A stretch of 64,000 nt of DNA from Sphyrna mokarran (taxonomy: Eukaryota): assembly GCA_024679065.1 (NCBI GenBank), contig JAGIQG010000004.1:54994001-55058000 (forward strand), in the 5' to 3' direction. Positions 13,567 through 24,457 of the stretch are shown here, one piece after another (the stretch's first letter is position 1; each line of letters starts with the position of its first letter). Below the pieces are notes generated by a model. That model did not search any database and was not told the origin of the DNA. It saw only the letters and a program-made list of their open reading frames with translations. The position numbers and the translations under genes were made by a program.

Positions 13567-16500
13567 GTACTGTTGCTTGTTATATGTTGCCTTTCAGAAT
13601 ACCTTAATTTCTATTTTAGAATATTCGCAAAGTTTCGCCGTGACAAATTAGATGCGTTACAGCTCCAATTCGATCGTTGGTGCTTCTTAACTGTTCTTGT
13701 ATTTTACTTACTTTTTGTTTTCTTTGACGCATGTAGCTTATCGCCGTTCTTTTTTATAGGTGCGAAAATAACATGGAGCAAAGTAGATCAATTCCCTAAA
13801 TATTTGACGGTTGCCAGGGGTGAAAATGTTTCCATGTTCTGCACATTTCCCATGCTTGAGAGCGATCCTGAAGTTTCTTGGTGGAAACGGGGCGAGGAAT
13901 CTATTCTGGAATCAGACAACAGAAAGAAAATTTATCTAAAGAAAGGCAGTAGTTCATTTCAAGTTCTGAATGCGAGTGTTGCAGACTCCGGAATGTATCA
14001 CTGTTCAGTAAAACATCAACATAACAAGATTGGGGATGGAAGTGGTTCCCAGCTCACTGTGTATGGTAAGTATCATTGTACCGGAGAAAGGTCGCTTTTC
14101 AGCTGTATGCGTGATTTATGTAAGTTGAACTTCTATCATTGGATGAAAATCTGGATTCGTTTTTCGTTGCTGGAATCTTTTTTCTATTGACCTCCAGGTT
14201 CGATTGCCTGTCTCCTGATTCGCACCACTGTCCAAGATAAATTTCACCTACTCCCTGACTATCCTCGTGACATTCCAAAGTGTTTTTCATCCAATCAGTT
14301 CTGTTGGTTCACTTGTAATTGTTACTGTCGTGGTTCCCCAGGACGACAATATACTTTTAGCTTATTAAATGAGAGTCTGAGTCTTGGTTTTCCAGGTAGT
14401 AAGACTTTATTCTCCAGCACACAAGAACAAAGCCGGGATGTCCGGAACACTCCAGTGAAATGCTCACTTACAGCTTGTCTTATACAATTTGCAGATACAT
14501 GCCTTGAGATTCTTATCTCATTCTCAAAGTTAGCTTATCTTTAACCCCCATTAGTGCTGGTTCTGCTAATAATTTATCTTGTCGTGGATTGGTCACTAAT
14601 CGATGCATTTACGACTCTGTAAAACCAGTTTGTTTATACAAGAGTTCTGACCGTTGCCCTCACCCCATTAATGTTGTTTATACACAATGGTGGCTTAGCT
14701 AGACTTTAAACTAAGTGACAAAGAGAATATATGTACCCCATCCCTGTTTTCTAGGCCACAGTGTGACCATTGTTTCTCAAGGTTTAACTGCCTACAGCTG
14801 CTTACACTCAATGTTTAATAAATGCTTACCATCCTGATTCTATCACACTAGCCACCATACATTCAATTACATTAAATAACATACTGGGCTCATTATATTT
14901 CAACATCTTGCCCATCGCATGTTGGTGAGACTATATTTCGCATTCTACTGCTACTACTACAAATATTCTCTTACATTCATGATACTGTTGCTACTACAAA
15001 TATTCTCTTACATTACTGAAAATGATACTGAAATAAAAAGATCGCATCAACTCTGAGATTGAGATTAATCAATTCGATGAGTTGTTCGATTTTCTTGTCC
15101 GAAATATTAGTACCTAAGTGAAAAAATGGAACAATTTTAACACGGCCCATGTCAAATCTTTTGTAAACTATTAATTCATGTCATAGGTCCCACAATTTAC
15201 CTCTGTTAAAAGCTCAACAATTTTAATACCTTCTCATTGCTTTCAAGATTTCATGCACCAGCTAACTTCTGAACTCACTGCTTTATATTGCTTTATAATT
15301 TATTATTTCTAAAATGAATACAAACGCGATGTTTAAGAAATCACAGAGCGAATAATTATTTCCACTGTAAGAATGTAACATAATTGATGCGGCATACAAA
15401 TGCCAATGTGTTCCTTTACATTAAAAATTACCTTTTATTTCCTTGTTAAAGTTCCCCCAACCCCCTTGAAGCTCTTTCAGGTTGAACGGATTTCAGCGAC
15501 CTCTCTGAGGTTCGAGTGTAAAACGGCTGCCTTTTACCCAGAGGATTTAAAAATCTCCTGGCGCAGAGATGGTGTGGAAATTCTCGCCGGAATAGAAACT
15601 GTGAGAAACAAGACAGTGGATGGTCTTTTTGAGGTCACCAGTTCTTTGGAAGAAGCACAACCTGTCCCGAGCCGAATAGTTTATACATGTCTGGCATCTC
15701 ATATCTCCCTTAAGGTGCCCGCCAGTGTCAACTATATCGCCATTCAAGGTAAGATTGGGCACTTGCAGCAGCGAGCGAGGCTTCCGAACTATAGTCATTT
15801 ATTAAACATTTAGCAGGGCAGCTGTTCAAACACAAAGTTTCAGAGTGAGTGTGGACATTCTTTAACCTCAATGCCACATCATTGGAAATGAATTAAAATA
15901 TCTAAGGTGGTTTGTAACTGCAGGAGAGGGAATATTTCCCTGAAAACATCTGAAACGGGAGGGCGATATGCGAACTGCTCAAAACTGAATGCTCTTTTGT
16001 TATCAAATTCTTGCCAAATGAAATGAACCTACACATGAAATGATCAGTTTTAGCAGTATTACTTTAACTGGACATTTCCTGTGTGGAACTTTAGCCAACG
16101 ATATCGTTCAAGGATATTCCCTCCATTACCCAGAAGCTCTTGATCATTATAAAAGTATTTCTCCTTGATCCAAACACTAAACTTCGCCAGGTGGGGGGGG
16201 GGAGGGGGTGTTCCGCCTTGATTTACATCATACATTGAATTCCTCTTTTCCTTATTTTTTCTCTCAAAATGCGAAGGCATAAAAAATGCTTCCAAAACTC
16301 CTCTGGTTGCAACTTCCCTTTACTCCAATAAACAATACTCTATGACAGTTATTAGCACTGTGGGTGTAAACTGTAAAAATGAGGAAACTACAATGCACCT
16401 ACAGAGCGTTTGGCGCTTGATCCGTGTTCTGGTGAGAGTGCATCTGCCATGAGGGAAACGAGCCGAGCTACCAAACTGAATATCAGAATCCGAAAGCATA

Positions 16501-17157
16501 ACTTGCGTCCTGGTGAAGTTAGCCGTGCGGGAAGATCATAACCTGATATTCAGCGAGTTAAATTTTGATCGCTGAGGGCGGTGTTGTGTGAGTGAGTTGT
16601 ATTGTCCCACGTTATTAGTATAGGGTCCAGAGGAACATTTCTGTTTTTTCCTACAGAGCCAAAAATATTTTTAAGCCTTTTGATTGGGATTTCTTTACTT
16701 GCTTTGTCGATACATCTAGTAGAAAGAACAAGCACACATATTATATCCTAAAATGGACATCAGTGTCCTATTTGAAAAGATGCCAATTGCCGGCAAAATG
16801 GCGCCGGCATCAAGCAACAGGCTGTCTTGGAAGATGGAGTGCATTATGTTAAAATGTTCACGTGGCGTTCAATATGCGGAGCGTCTTTTGAGGGTATTTT
16901 CTGTTCGGTTGACTTTGGAAATTTAATATCGGTCACAAAGTTTAGAGTAGCAATTGTATGGATCTCTTTCATGTCTAGAAGCCAGTACTATTTGGTTTCA
17001 TTCAATAATTCATATGTACGGAAAATTTATGTGTATATTTTAATCCTGCACTGTAGATAGTTTCTGGAACGTGATGATTTCACGGCTTGTTCTGAGTTTT
17101 TTGATAATTCTTGGATTGCTCGGTATAATTGTGGACCATGGGGCATATTTCAATTGA
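13512..17157 (+). CDS. Receptor gene 1: non-rearranging VJ-C1-TM immunoglobulin superfamily receptor, 252 aa; join(13512..13566,13760..14065,15452..15748,17057..17157)
   Basis: Four exons with GT/AG boundaries and all phase-1 junctions splice to an uninterrupted 759-nt ORF (leader, V, C1, TM). Every boundary is mirrored in the paralog at 36031-41203. Confidence 0.9.
13760..14065 (+). CDS. Gene 1 exon 2, Ig V-type domain with germline-joined J-like segment
   Basis: Acceptor TTTTTATAG|, donor G|GTAAGT. Protein KVDQFP...MFCTFP...VSWWKR...ADSGMYHC...GSGSQLTVY has the B-strand Cys, C-strand Trp, DxGxYxC and a GxG G-strand. Confidence 0.93.
15452..15748 (+). CDS. Gene 1 exon 3, Ig C1-set domain
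   Basis: Acceptor TTGTTAAAG|, donor G|GTAAGA. Motifs FECKTAAFYPEDLKISW, DGLFEVTSSL and YTCLASHISL are C1-set signatures (C-x4-FYP-x5-W, YxCxxxHxSL). Confidence 0.93.
17057..17157 (+). CDS. Gene 1 exon 4, transmembrane segment and short tail (DSFWNVMISRLVLSFLIILGLLGIIVDHGAYFN*)
   Basis: Acceptor CACTGTAG|, in frame with C1, hydrophobic stretch preceded by Arg, TGA at 17155-17157 followed by AG|GTAAG. Same arrangement in the paralog. Confidence 0.88.
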
Positions 17158-18273
17158 AGGTAAGGGGACACCGTTTTAATTCAGCAAACTACGTTCAAGG
17201 TGTATATACATAGTTAACACTGGTGGGCTGGAAATGAGAGATGTTCTTTTGCTCATCGTTTCTCCGGTAATTTAAGACTCACGGGCAGTGATATTAAATT
17301 CTCCTATTAAGTAACTCATAAGATAGAAGGCCATCACTTTTACCATGACAATGCTCATATTTAGTGCTATTAAAAAGTCAGAGATGAAATGTTAAATCAG
17401 TTTCCCTTCCAAGCCGAGCTGCCTGATCTGCCGAGTTTTTGCCACGTTTTCTGCTTTTATTTAATGTTATATTAGTTTTCCCATTAAATTCAGTTTCGCG
17501 CATGATATGCCAAGTGATAAACACTGAACATCAGTTTTGAGCGTTAGTTTAGTTTTTTCTCCTTTCGTGAAAAAAATTTTGATTTCAACTTCTCACTTGG
17601 GATACTTGAACACAAACATCCAGCTAGCATTGCAGCGCAGGACTGCTGGAGGTTTGGTCTTTTTTCAACGTCTAAAAACGAGCCCGTCTGCTCTTTATTG
17701 TGACCGTAAAAGCCTAATTGGTCATTTCGTAACTGAGCACCGTGGAGTTCGCTTGTGATCTGATCAGAAATTCGTTTTCAATCTACTTCGCTAAAATCGA
17801 TTCATTTTTCATTTATTTCAAAAATCTATGTGATTAAAAACGTCCCTTGTTTTTTTAAGTGCACGTTGCATATCTCGCTGCTGTGAAAGACTGCATATCA
17901 ATATTGATCCGTTCTTCTGTTTTGCAAGATTTTTATGTATGTTTAGAAAAATCATCATGCAAACGACACTTTCTAGGCACTGTTTCCCATTTTGCGTTAA
18001 ACTCTGCTAGAATTATGAGGTTAGGAATCTGGCAGAAGTACTCAATTTCGGAAATATGCTTCTCATGATGAAATTTTCAATACGTTTACATGTATCCTTT
18101 TATCTATTTTGCTTCCCTTCTCAAGGCGCTATGTCTAGTTGCCATGCCCACAATCTTCTCCCGCCACCAGTTCGTTTGGTATTACTGTTAAGGCGTGAGC
18201 ATCACGTTGTTGAACTCAGAGTCGTCATTTTTAGATTAGCAGTTTAAATCGTGGCCCTGGGATAAGTATCTGG

Positions 18274-18515
18274 TAAGAAGTCTCACAACACCAAGCTAAA
18301 GAACAATGGGTTTATTTGGTAGAAAACGCCACTAGCTTTTGGGGTGCTGCTCCGTCGTCAGGTGACTCACCTACTCACTCATCCACTCACCTGAGAAAGG
18401 CGCAGGGCTCCAAAAGCTAGTGGCGTTTCCTACCAAATAAATCTTAGGATTTTAACCTGGTGTTGTGAGACTTCTTACTATGTTTACCCGACCCCAAATC
18501 CGGCATCTCCACATC
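18274..18515. mobile_element. Penelope-derived inverted-repeat element with 12-bp target-site duplication
   Basis: Arms about 18274-18365 and 18385-18478 are reverse complements; ATAAGTATCTGG at 18262-18273 and 18516-18527; decayed CTGANGA...GAAA hammerhead cores in both arms. Confidence 0.75.
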
Positions 18516-18974
18516 ATAAGTATCTGGAGCAGAGTGTAATGCTAATTTTCCCTAGCTATCCCTGAATACACAAACAGCTTCATCTTTTCAACTGTTGCAG
18601 AACTGTGCATATTGTACACGACATAGGGGAAATCTAACCTACCATCTTCTGATGAGTATGTTTGGCTGCGTATTCATTCAGTGCTAAATGGAATTTTTTT
18701 TAACATGTGCAAGAAATCACGGGATACCAAGAGACTGCTTGAAATTTTCGATCCAAATATGTAACAAGAGCTTTTTGTTTTCAATTTGAATGTCGTTCTA
18801 AATTGAATGAGTGGAAATCCGTCAATTCCGGATAGATAATGATGAGTTAACGTTTGCCTTTTATATAAAAAGAATGTAATATATGATTACTCACACGTAC
18901 AATAATCAAAGTTTTTACCAAATGAAACTGAAAACGTGAATAAAACTTTAGCAAGCTGATATTTTGTAATCCCA

Positions 18975-20570
18975 TTTTTCAGCTTTTAGTCCATAGATAT
19001 GTATGTTGTAGCATTTCAAATGATTGTCTAAATGATGTTTAAATGTCGTTCAGACAGTGAATTCCAGATGCCCATTATCCTCTGGGTGAAATTACTTCCT
19101 CTCACATCTCCTGTAAACCTCCCTCCTACCTCTTAACTTCAGTCTGTGTCCTCTCATTATTGACCCCACTCCTAAGAAGAAATGTTCCTTCCGAGCCACC
19201 ATACTTAAGCCCCTCATAATTTAATTCATCTCAATCAGGTCCCCCACCCCCATCGTCTTCGGTGATCCACGGAAACCAAACCCAGCCTATTCAGTTTCTC
19301 TTGTTAGCTGAAATGCACCAGCCCCAGCTGAATCTTATCTGCACTTTCATGATTGCAAGCAATTCTTCTCGATCGTGTAGCGACCAAAATTGCATACACT
19401 ATTCCAGCTCTTGCCTAACTAGCGTTCATACAGCTCCATCATAAATAGCCTGCTCTAATATTAAATGCCTCAGCTGATAAAGACAAATATCCCATATGTT
19501 TTCTTAAGGCTTATCTACCTCTCCTGCTGTTATCAGAGATCTATGAAGCTGTGCACCTGATCAATGGTTGTAAATTCCTTTGCATTTTAGTATTTCAAGA
19601 CATATTACCTCACACTTTTTGAGGTTGAATTTCATTTGCCACTGTTCCGCCCATCGAACCAAACCAATATCGTCCTGTTCTGAGGATTTGCTTCTCACAG
19701 TTTACCACACCACCAATTTTTGTGTCCTCTGTGAACCTACTTATCATACCACCTATATCCACGTCCAGAATATTATTGTATACTACGAACAAAAAAAAAG
19801 GCCCAGTATCAATCCTGTGGAAGGCGACTAGACATCCGCTTCCTGTCGCAAAAACAATGTAGGAACATCATGCTCTTCCTTCTGACGTTAAACCAATTTA
19901 GCATCCAGTTAAATTGTCCTGGATCCCATGGCAATCCCATCTTTATCGGCGTCCCATATGGGACCTTGTCAAAAGCTTTATTGACGTCTATGTAGAATAC
20001 ATCAACTGCACTCCCCTCACCGACACACTGAATCACCTCTTCGAAGAAGTCGGTAACATTTGTAAGGAATGATTTCTCTTTGACAACAATGTGCTGATTA
20101 TCCTTGATTAATTCTTGTGTCCCCAAGTGCAGATTAATTACGTCCAACAGAACGTTTTCCGATTATTTCCTATCACAAATGTTACTCTCATTGCCTTGTA
20201 ATTTCCTGTTTTTTCCCTACTTTCCTTTTTGAATAACGGTATCACATCAGCTATCATCCAATCCTCAGCTATTGGACTTTAACCTGGTGTTGTGAGATTT
20301 CTTAGCGTGCTTACGCCAGTCCAACGCCGTCATCTCCATATCATGGCTCTGCTATGGCCGGAGAAGATTTGAAAATTATCGTCAGAACTGCTGCAATCTA
20401 TCCCCTTTCCTACCACAGCAGCGCATCTCATCTGGGCCTTGTCATTTATCAACGTAAGGCCCGTTGAAACGTCCTCTTTTTTAATGTTTGTCAACATAAG
20501 GCCCCTTAAAACCTTCTGGCTCTTAACGTTTATTAACGTAAGGCCCGTTAAAAGCTCTTCTCTCTTAATG
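18975..20570 (-). mobile_element. Degraded CR1 LINE in the last intron of gene 1
   Basis: ORFs 19610..19792 and 19809..20147 (AVDVFYIDVNKAFDKVP); absent at the paralogous site at about 42245. Confidence 0.8.
20445..20570. repeat. 3 x 42-bp tandem repeat
   Basis: Units TTT(A/G)T(C/T)AAC(G/A)TAAGGCCC..TT.AAA...TTAA(T/C)G at 20445, 20487 and 20529. Confidence 0.8.
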
Positions 20571-20903
20571 CTATGTTCTAACATTGAAAATGGTGGCATA
20601 TTTATTTAAATTAAATTTGCCTAAGTCTCGGTCGTGTTTATTGTAAGGATATTTTAATAATTACAGCCGAATAGCATTGAAGGGATGTAATTGGAGACAG
20701 TTTCACTAAGTTAGTAATAGTTTGATGTGATACAGATGAGCGTGCTTCAATGAGTCTAGAAATATAGATGCAGTGCTGAATTTACTTGCGGATTTGGAAA
20801 ATCAATGCAATTAAGTGGGAACTGTTTGTGAATATAAAATTGAAACTATAATTAAAAGACAGTGCATCGTTTAGAAAACAAATTTCAATTTCCTTTTTGA
20901 TAG

Positions 20904-21300
20904 GTTAAGATGGATTGACAATCTCCGCCTCTGTTTATATCTGCACCTTAGACATTGTTAAAGAACAGATAAAGGCGGAAGAAGAAACACTCGAAGCAAG
21001 GAATAAGGCAAAGAAGCCACAATCGAGACGGACCAGCGACACATCCAGCATTCGCTCACAGCCATTTTCAGTTGTATTTAGATACATTTTTTTCCTATAG
21101 CATTAGAATATAAAAATATAGTTGTTAGTTGACGCCCGTGCATAAAATGAGTTGCTGCATTCCTTGTAAGCGCAGTAACATAAATGGACAGTTGGCCGTG
21201 GGATTAATCCTCATGTTGAAATTTTAGGAGAGCTGGCACGTATCTTGATGTATGAGTCTCGTCAATTGAAAGTATTTTAAAATTAAATATAACTCTTGAT
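20904..21300 (+). other. Gene 1 probable untranslated terminal (3' UTR) exon
   Basis: Pyrimidine tract TTTCCTTTTTGATAG| at 20903, homology to 42572-43030, ATTAAA at 21282-21287 aligned with AATAAA in the paralog. An unused donor follows the stop codon. Confidence 0.6.
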
Positions 21301-21319
21301 TTTATAAGTATCTGGTCAG

Positions 21320-22980
21320 TAATTTCTCATTTTCTGTCTGTTTCCCTTTTAAGTAATGGAGTTACATTTGCTACCTTTAAATCTAATGCGACCTTTCCCA
21401 AAATTAGAGAGATTTGGAAAATTAAATCTAATGCATCAAGTTTCTTGTGACATTAAACACCAGAATGAACTCCATTAGGGTCTCTACTCATGTCAACCCG
21501 CAGCTCCAACGTGTTTGCACGGTATGAATTATCTGGTGGCTGTAAATATTTTCAATCCCTCCCTTTCTTCCATTTCCTAATTTAAAACTGATGCTGGTAT
21601 GTTACTTCCATTCTCCATCATGAGGATTATTCAATTCATCTTCCATCTATTTATTTCCATTATCAATTCCAGAGCTCACTTTCTATGATAACACTTCACT
21701 TTATTAACACTTCACTTTTTTCAATATTTACTAAAGCTCATTCTATTTGTGTGTATGTATTGGCTAATTTGCGTGAGGTTCCCGCTTCTTAATTTTTTAG
21801 TCATCCCTTACTGTTTCTGATGTTTCTACGAATTTTCTAATCTGCCACCTGTCTTTGCACAATTATATGCTTTCACTTAAGGTTTGACACTATCTTCAAA
21901 CTTTCTACTTAATCATGGATGATGTCCCTTGGATTTTTCACACTCATGGAAATATACCTGTTCTGTGTATTCTGAAATATTCCTAAAACAATTGCCACTG
22001 CATCTCTGATGACCTATTATTTGACCTATTTTGCCAATGTGTTTTAGCCAACTCAGCTCCCATGCCCTCACAGCTATCCTTAGGTTAAAACATTCTTTTT
22101 CCTTCAAATTGAATGCAAAGTTCGCTCATTGAATCCATGCAGTGCAGAAGGAGGCCATTCTTCCCACTAATTCTGCACTGACATTCTGACAGGGTACCTT
22201 GGCCAGGCCCTCACCCCGCCCTGTCCCCATAATGGCACATGATTTACCATGGCTAATCCATCGAACCTACATATCTTGGGACGCTCAGAGGCAATTTAGC
22301 ATGGCCAATGCACCTAAGCTGCAAAACTTTGGACTATGCGATGAAACCAGAATACTCTCAGGAAATCCCACTGACACAAAGAGAATGTGCAAACGTCACA
22401 CAGGCAGTCACGCAAGACCGGTATTGAATCCGGATCCTTGACGCTGTGAAGCAGCAGTGCTAACCACTGGGCCACCATGCTGCTCATATCATATCTTTGT
22501 TGCTGCTACATCAGGGTGTCTTCACAATGAGAACATCAATTGCTCCAATCTCGTTGCACAATACCAGGCCTAGCATAGCCTTGTCTCTGGTTGGCTGCAG
22601 AACATATTATTCTATGCAACATTCCAAAAGTCATTCAACGAACAGCTCAACCAGGCTACTTTTGTCCTTCTGACTTTTCTCATCCAAATGTAAACTAAAA
22701 TCTTGCACGATTACTATTGTACTTCTATGAGGAGCTCCAATTATTTTTCCCTTCATGCTCCACCCTATTATGTGATTACTGTTCGAGGGCCTGTACACAA
22801 CTCCCACAAGTGACTTCTCACATTTACTATTTTTCAACGCTACCCAAATCGTTTCAACGTCCCGGTTTTCTGAATTTAGGTCATCCGTTCTATTGTGTTC
22901 ATACAATCTTTAACTAATAGAACCACTCCTTTACATTTTCCAGGCTTCCTATCGTCTCTAAATATCTTTTGCCTTTCATT
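21320..22980 (-). mobile_element. Degraded CR1 LINE (endonuclease and linker) interrupted by a SINE
   Basis: ORF 22631..22906 ETIWVALKNSK..SLVGVVYRP. Confidence 0.7.
22130..22485 (-). mobile_element. tRNA-derived V-SINE/HE1-like SINE
   Basis: Minus strand GCATGGTGGCCCAGTGGTTAGCACTGCTGCTTCACAGC (A box), GGATTCAATACC (B box), TTTGCACATTCTC core and CR1-type tail. Confidence 0.8.
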
Positions 22981-22999
22981 AGTAAGTTCTCAAAACATG

Positions 23000-23330
23000 T
23001 CCCGCTGTGGTCATGCCCCTGTAGATTCTCCAAATTCGATGGCAAGAATGGTAATCCAACAACAGCATCATCTCCCAATCTGCGTGTTGAACATCGAGGC
23101 ATTAATCACTCCAAACCCGTACCGCCCGACTGGACATAACCGTTCTTCTGGGAAATCTATCTCTGCAAGAATCTCCCAAGATAGACTCCCAGGAGGAGAG
23201 CAGACGTATTTTTGGATGCTCCGAAAGATTCGCAGATTAGTCAAATGTGCCGACTGACTCATGCGTGAAACAGGCTTAAGAGTAACGTTAAATAAGAAGA
23301 CTCTTTGGGAATGAACCAAGAATATCGGGC
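23000..23330 (+). mobile_element. Highly degraded RTE-type LINE 3' fragment
   Basis: Residual peptide NIEALIT...GH...PGGEQ resembles RTE ORF termini; weak match. Confidence 0.4.
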
Positions 23331-24116
23331 GCTTTCATCGCTATGTGCACAGCTACATTTGAGGCTGCGCAGAAAGCGCAGTAACCTTCAGGCAAATTAT
23401 CTAATCAATCCCTCAGGATCACTCTCTTCACATGTGTCAGAATGTGCAGATCACACATTGGTCCCTATATGGGAATCTTCAACAATAGGCATAGCCTAAA
23501 GTCAAGGATATGTCATTAAGACGTTAGGACGGCGGCGTGAGCTCGTTGGGCCGAAGGGCCTGTTTCCCGTGCTGTGTTGCTCTTTGTTCTTGTTCTTTGG
23601 GCTTATCAACCATCTCGGAACCTATCGACCTGCAGTAGGAACAAGTCACCCTTGATCCCCAAGGACTATCGAACGGAAATAGAAAAAGAATTTTGCGGGA
23701 GCAGCTGACCTTCAATGTGACCTGCATTTCCGTCATTCGCCGGAACCGGACCAAGCCTCCAGGTGTTGTACATGATATCTATGTGTAGAATCTCTACTTT
23801 GCAAAAGGAGGTTGTTCGGCCCACTGAGTCTGCACCGTCTCTCAGAAACAACATCATACTCAGGCCTCCCCGCTGCCTATCCCCGTAAATTCAGCGAATC
23901 TGATCTTGGATACGAAGAGCAAAATCATTTTAACCACTTTGAATTTCGGTAATCTAATTTAAATCTGCCACATTGTAACTGCGTGTCAATAAACAATTCA
24001 TTCAGACATGATTTTTGAAGCATGTGTGTGTCGTCTGGATTGAAAATAACTGGTCTGATTGCCTCGTATTCTCTTTCGTACAGTTTGAATGTGTAGTTGT
24101 TTTTAAGAACCAAACC

Positions 24117-24251
24117 ATAATAGAACATAGAACATAGAACACTACAGCACAGAACAGGCCCTTCGGCCTTCGATGTTGTGCCGACCAATATAAAAAGCAA
24201 TGCCCCTCCAAACTAAACCATTCCCTTCTCTTCCATATACTTATCAACTAA
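24117..24251 (-). mobile_element. Extremely truncated CR1 3' end (same subfamily as 24458-25912)
   Basis: (ATAGAAC)n tail plus about 110 bp nearly identical to 24460-24582. Confidence 0.85.
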
Positions 24252-24457
24252 AAATAAATATCATAATAAACCTGAAGGAACAACTTTTCTGTCGGTGTTT
24301 ACAGATAATAAGGTTTTCCAACAAAGATCAAATTTGCAACACTAATTGTTCTGCCGTGGCACCGTTTTTAAAAAGTGAACGAGTTGTTCAGTGATTACTT
24401 GCATTTAATTATGTTTTATATTAGATTTACTATTCTAATAACAGGCAGAATAATGTT

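Noticed and set aside
13573-13759. Hydrophobic N-terminal part of the 205-aa ORF as a leader or TM
   Set aside because: It is the pyrimidine-rich intron 1 read in frame; the paralog supports the separate 55-nt leader exon.
20904-21100. Downstream conserved exon as a cytoplasmic (ITIM) coding exon
   Set aside because: Both genes stop before the donor, the frames are not conserved between paralogs, gene 2 has an immediate TAA, and there is no proper ITIM.
22400-22485. tRNA gene
   Set aside because: The A and B boxes belong to a SINE head continuous with the SINE body and LINE-derived tail.
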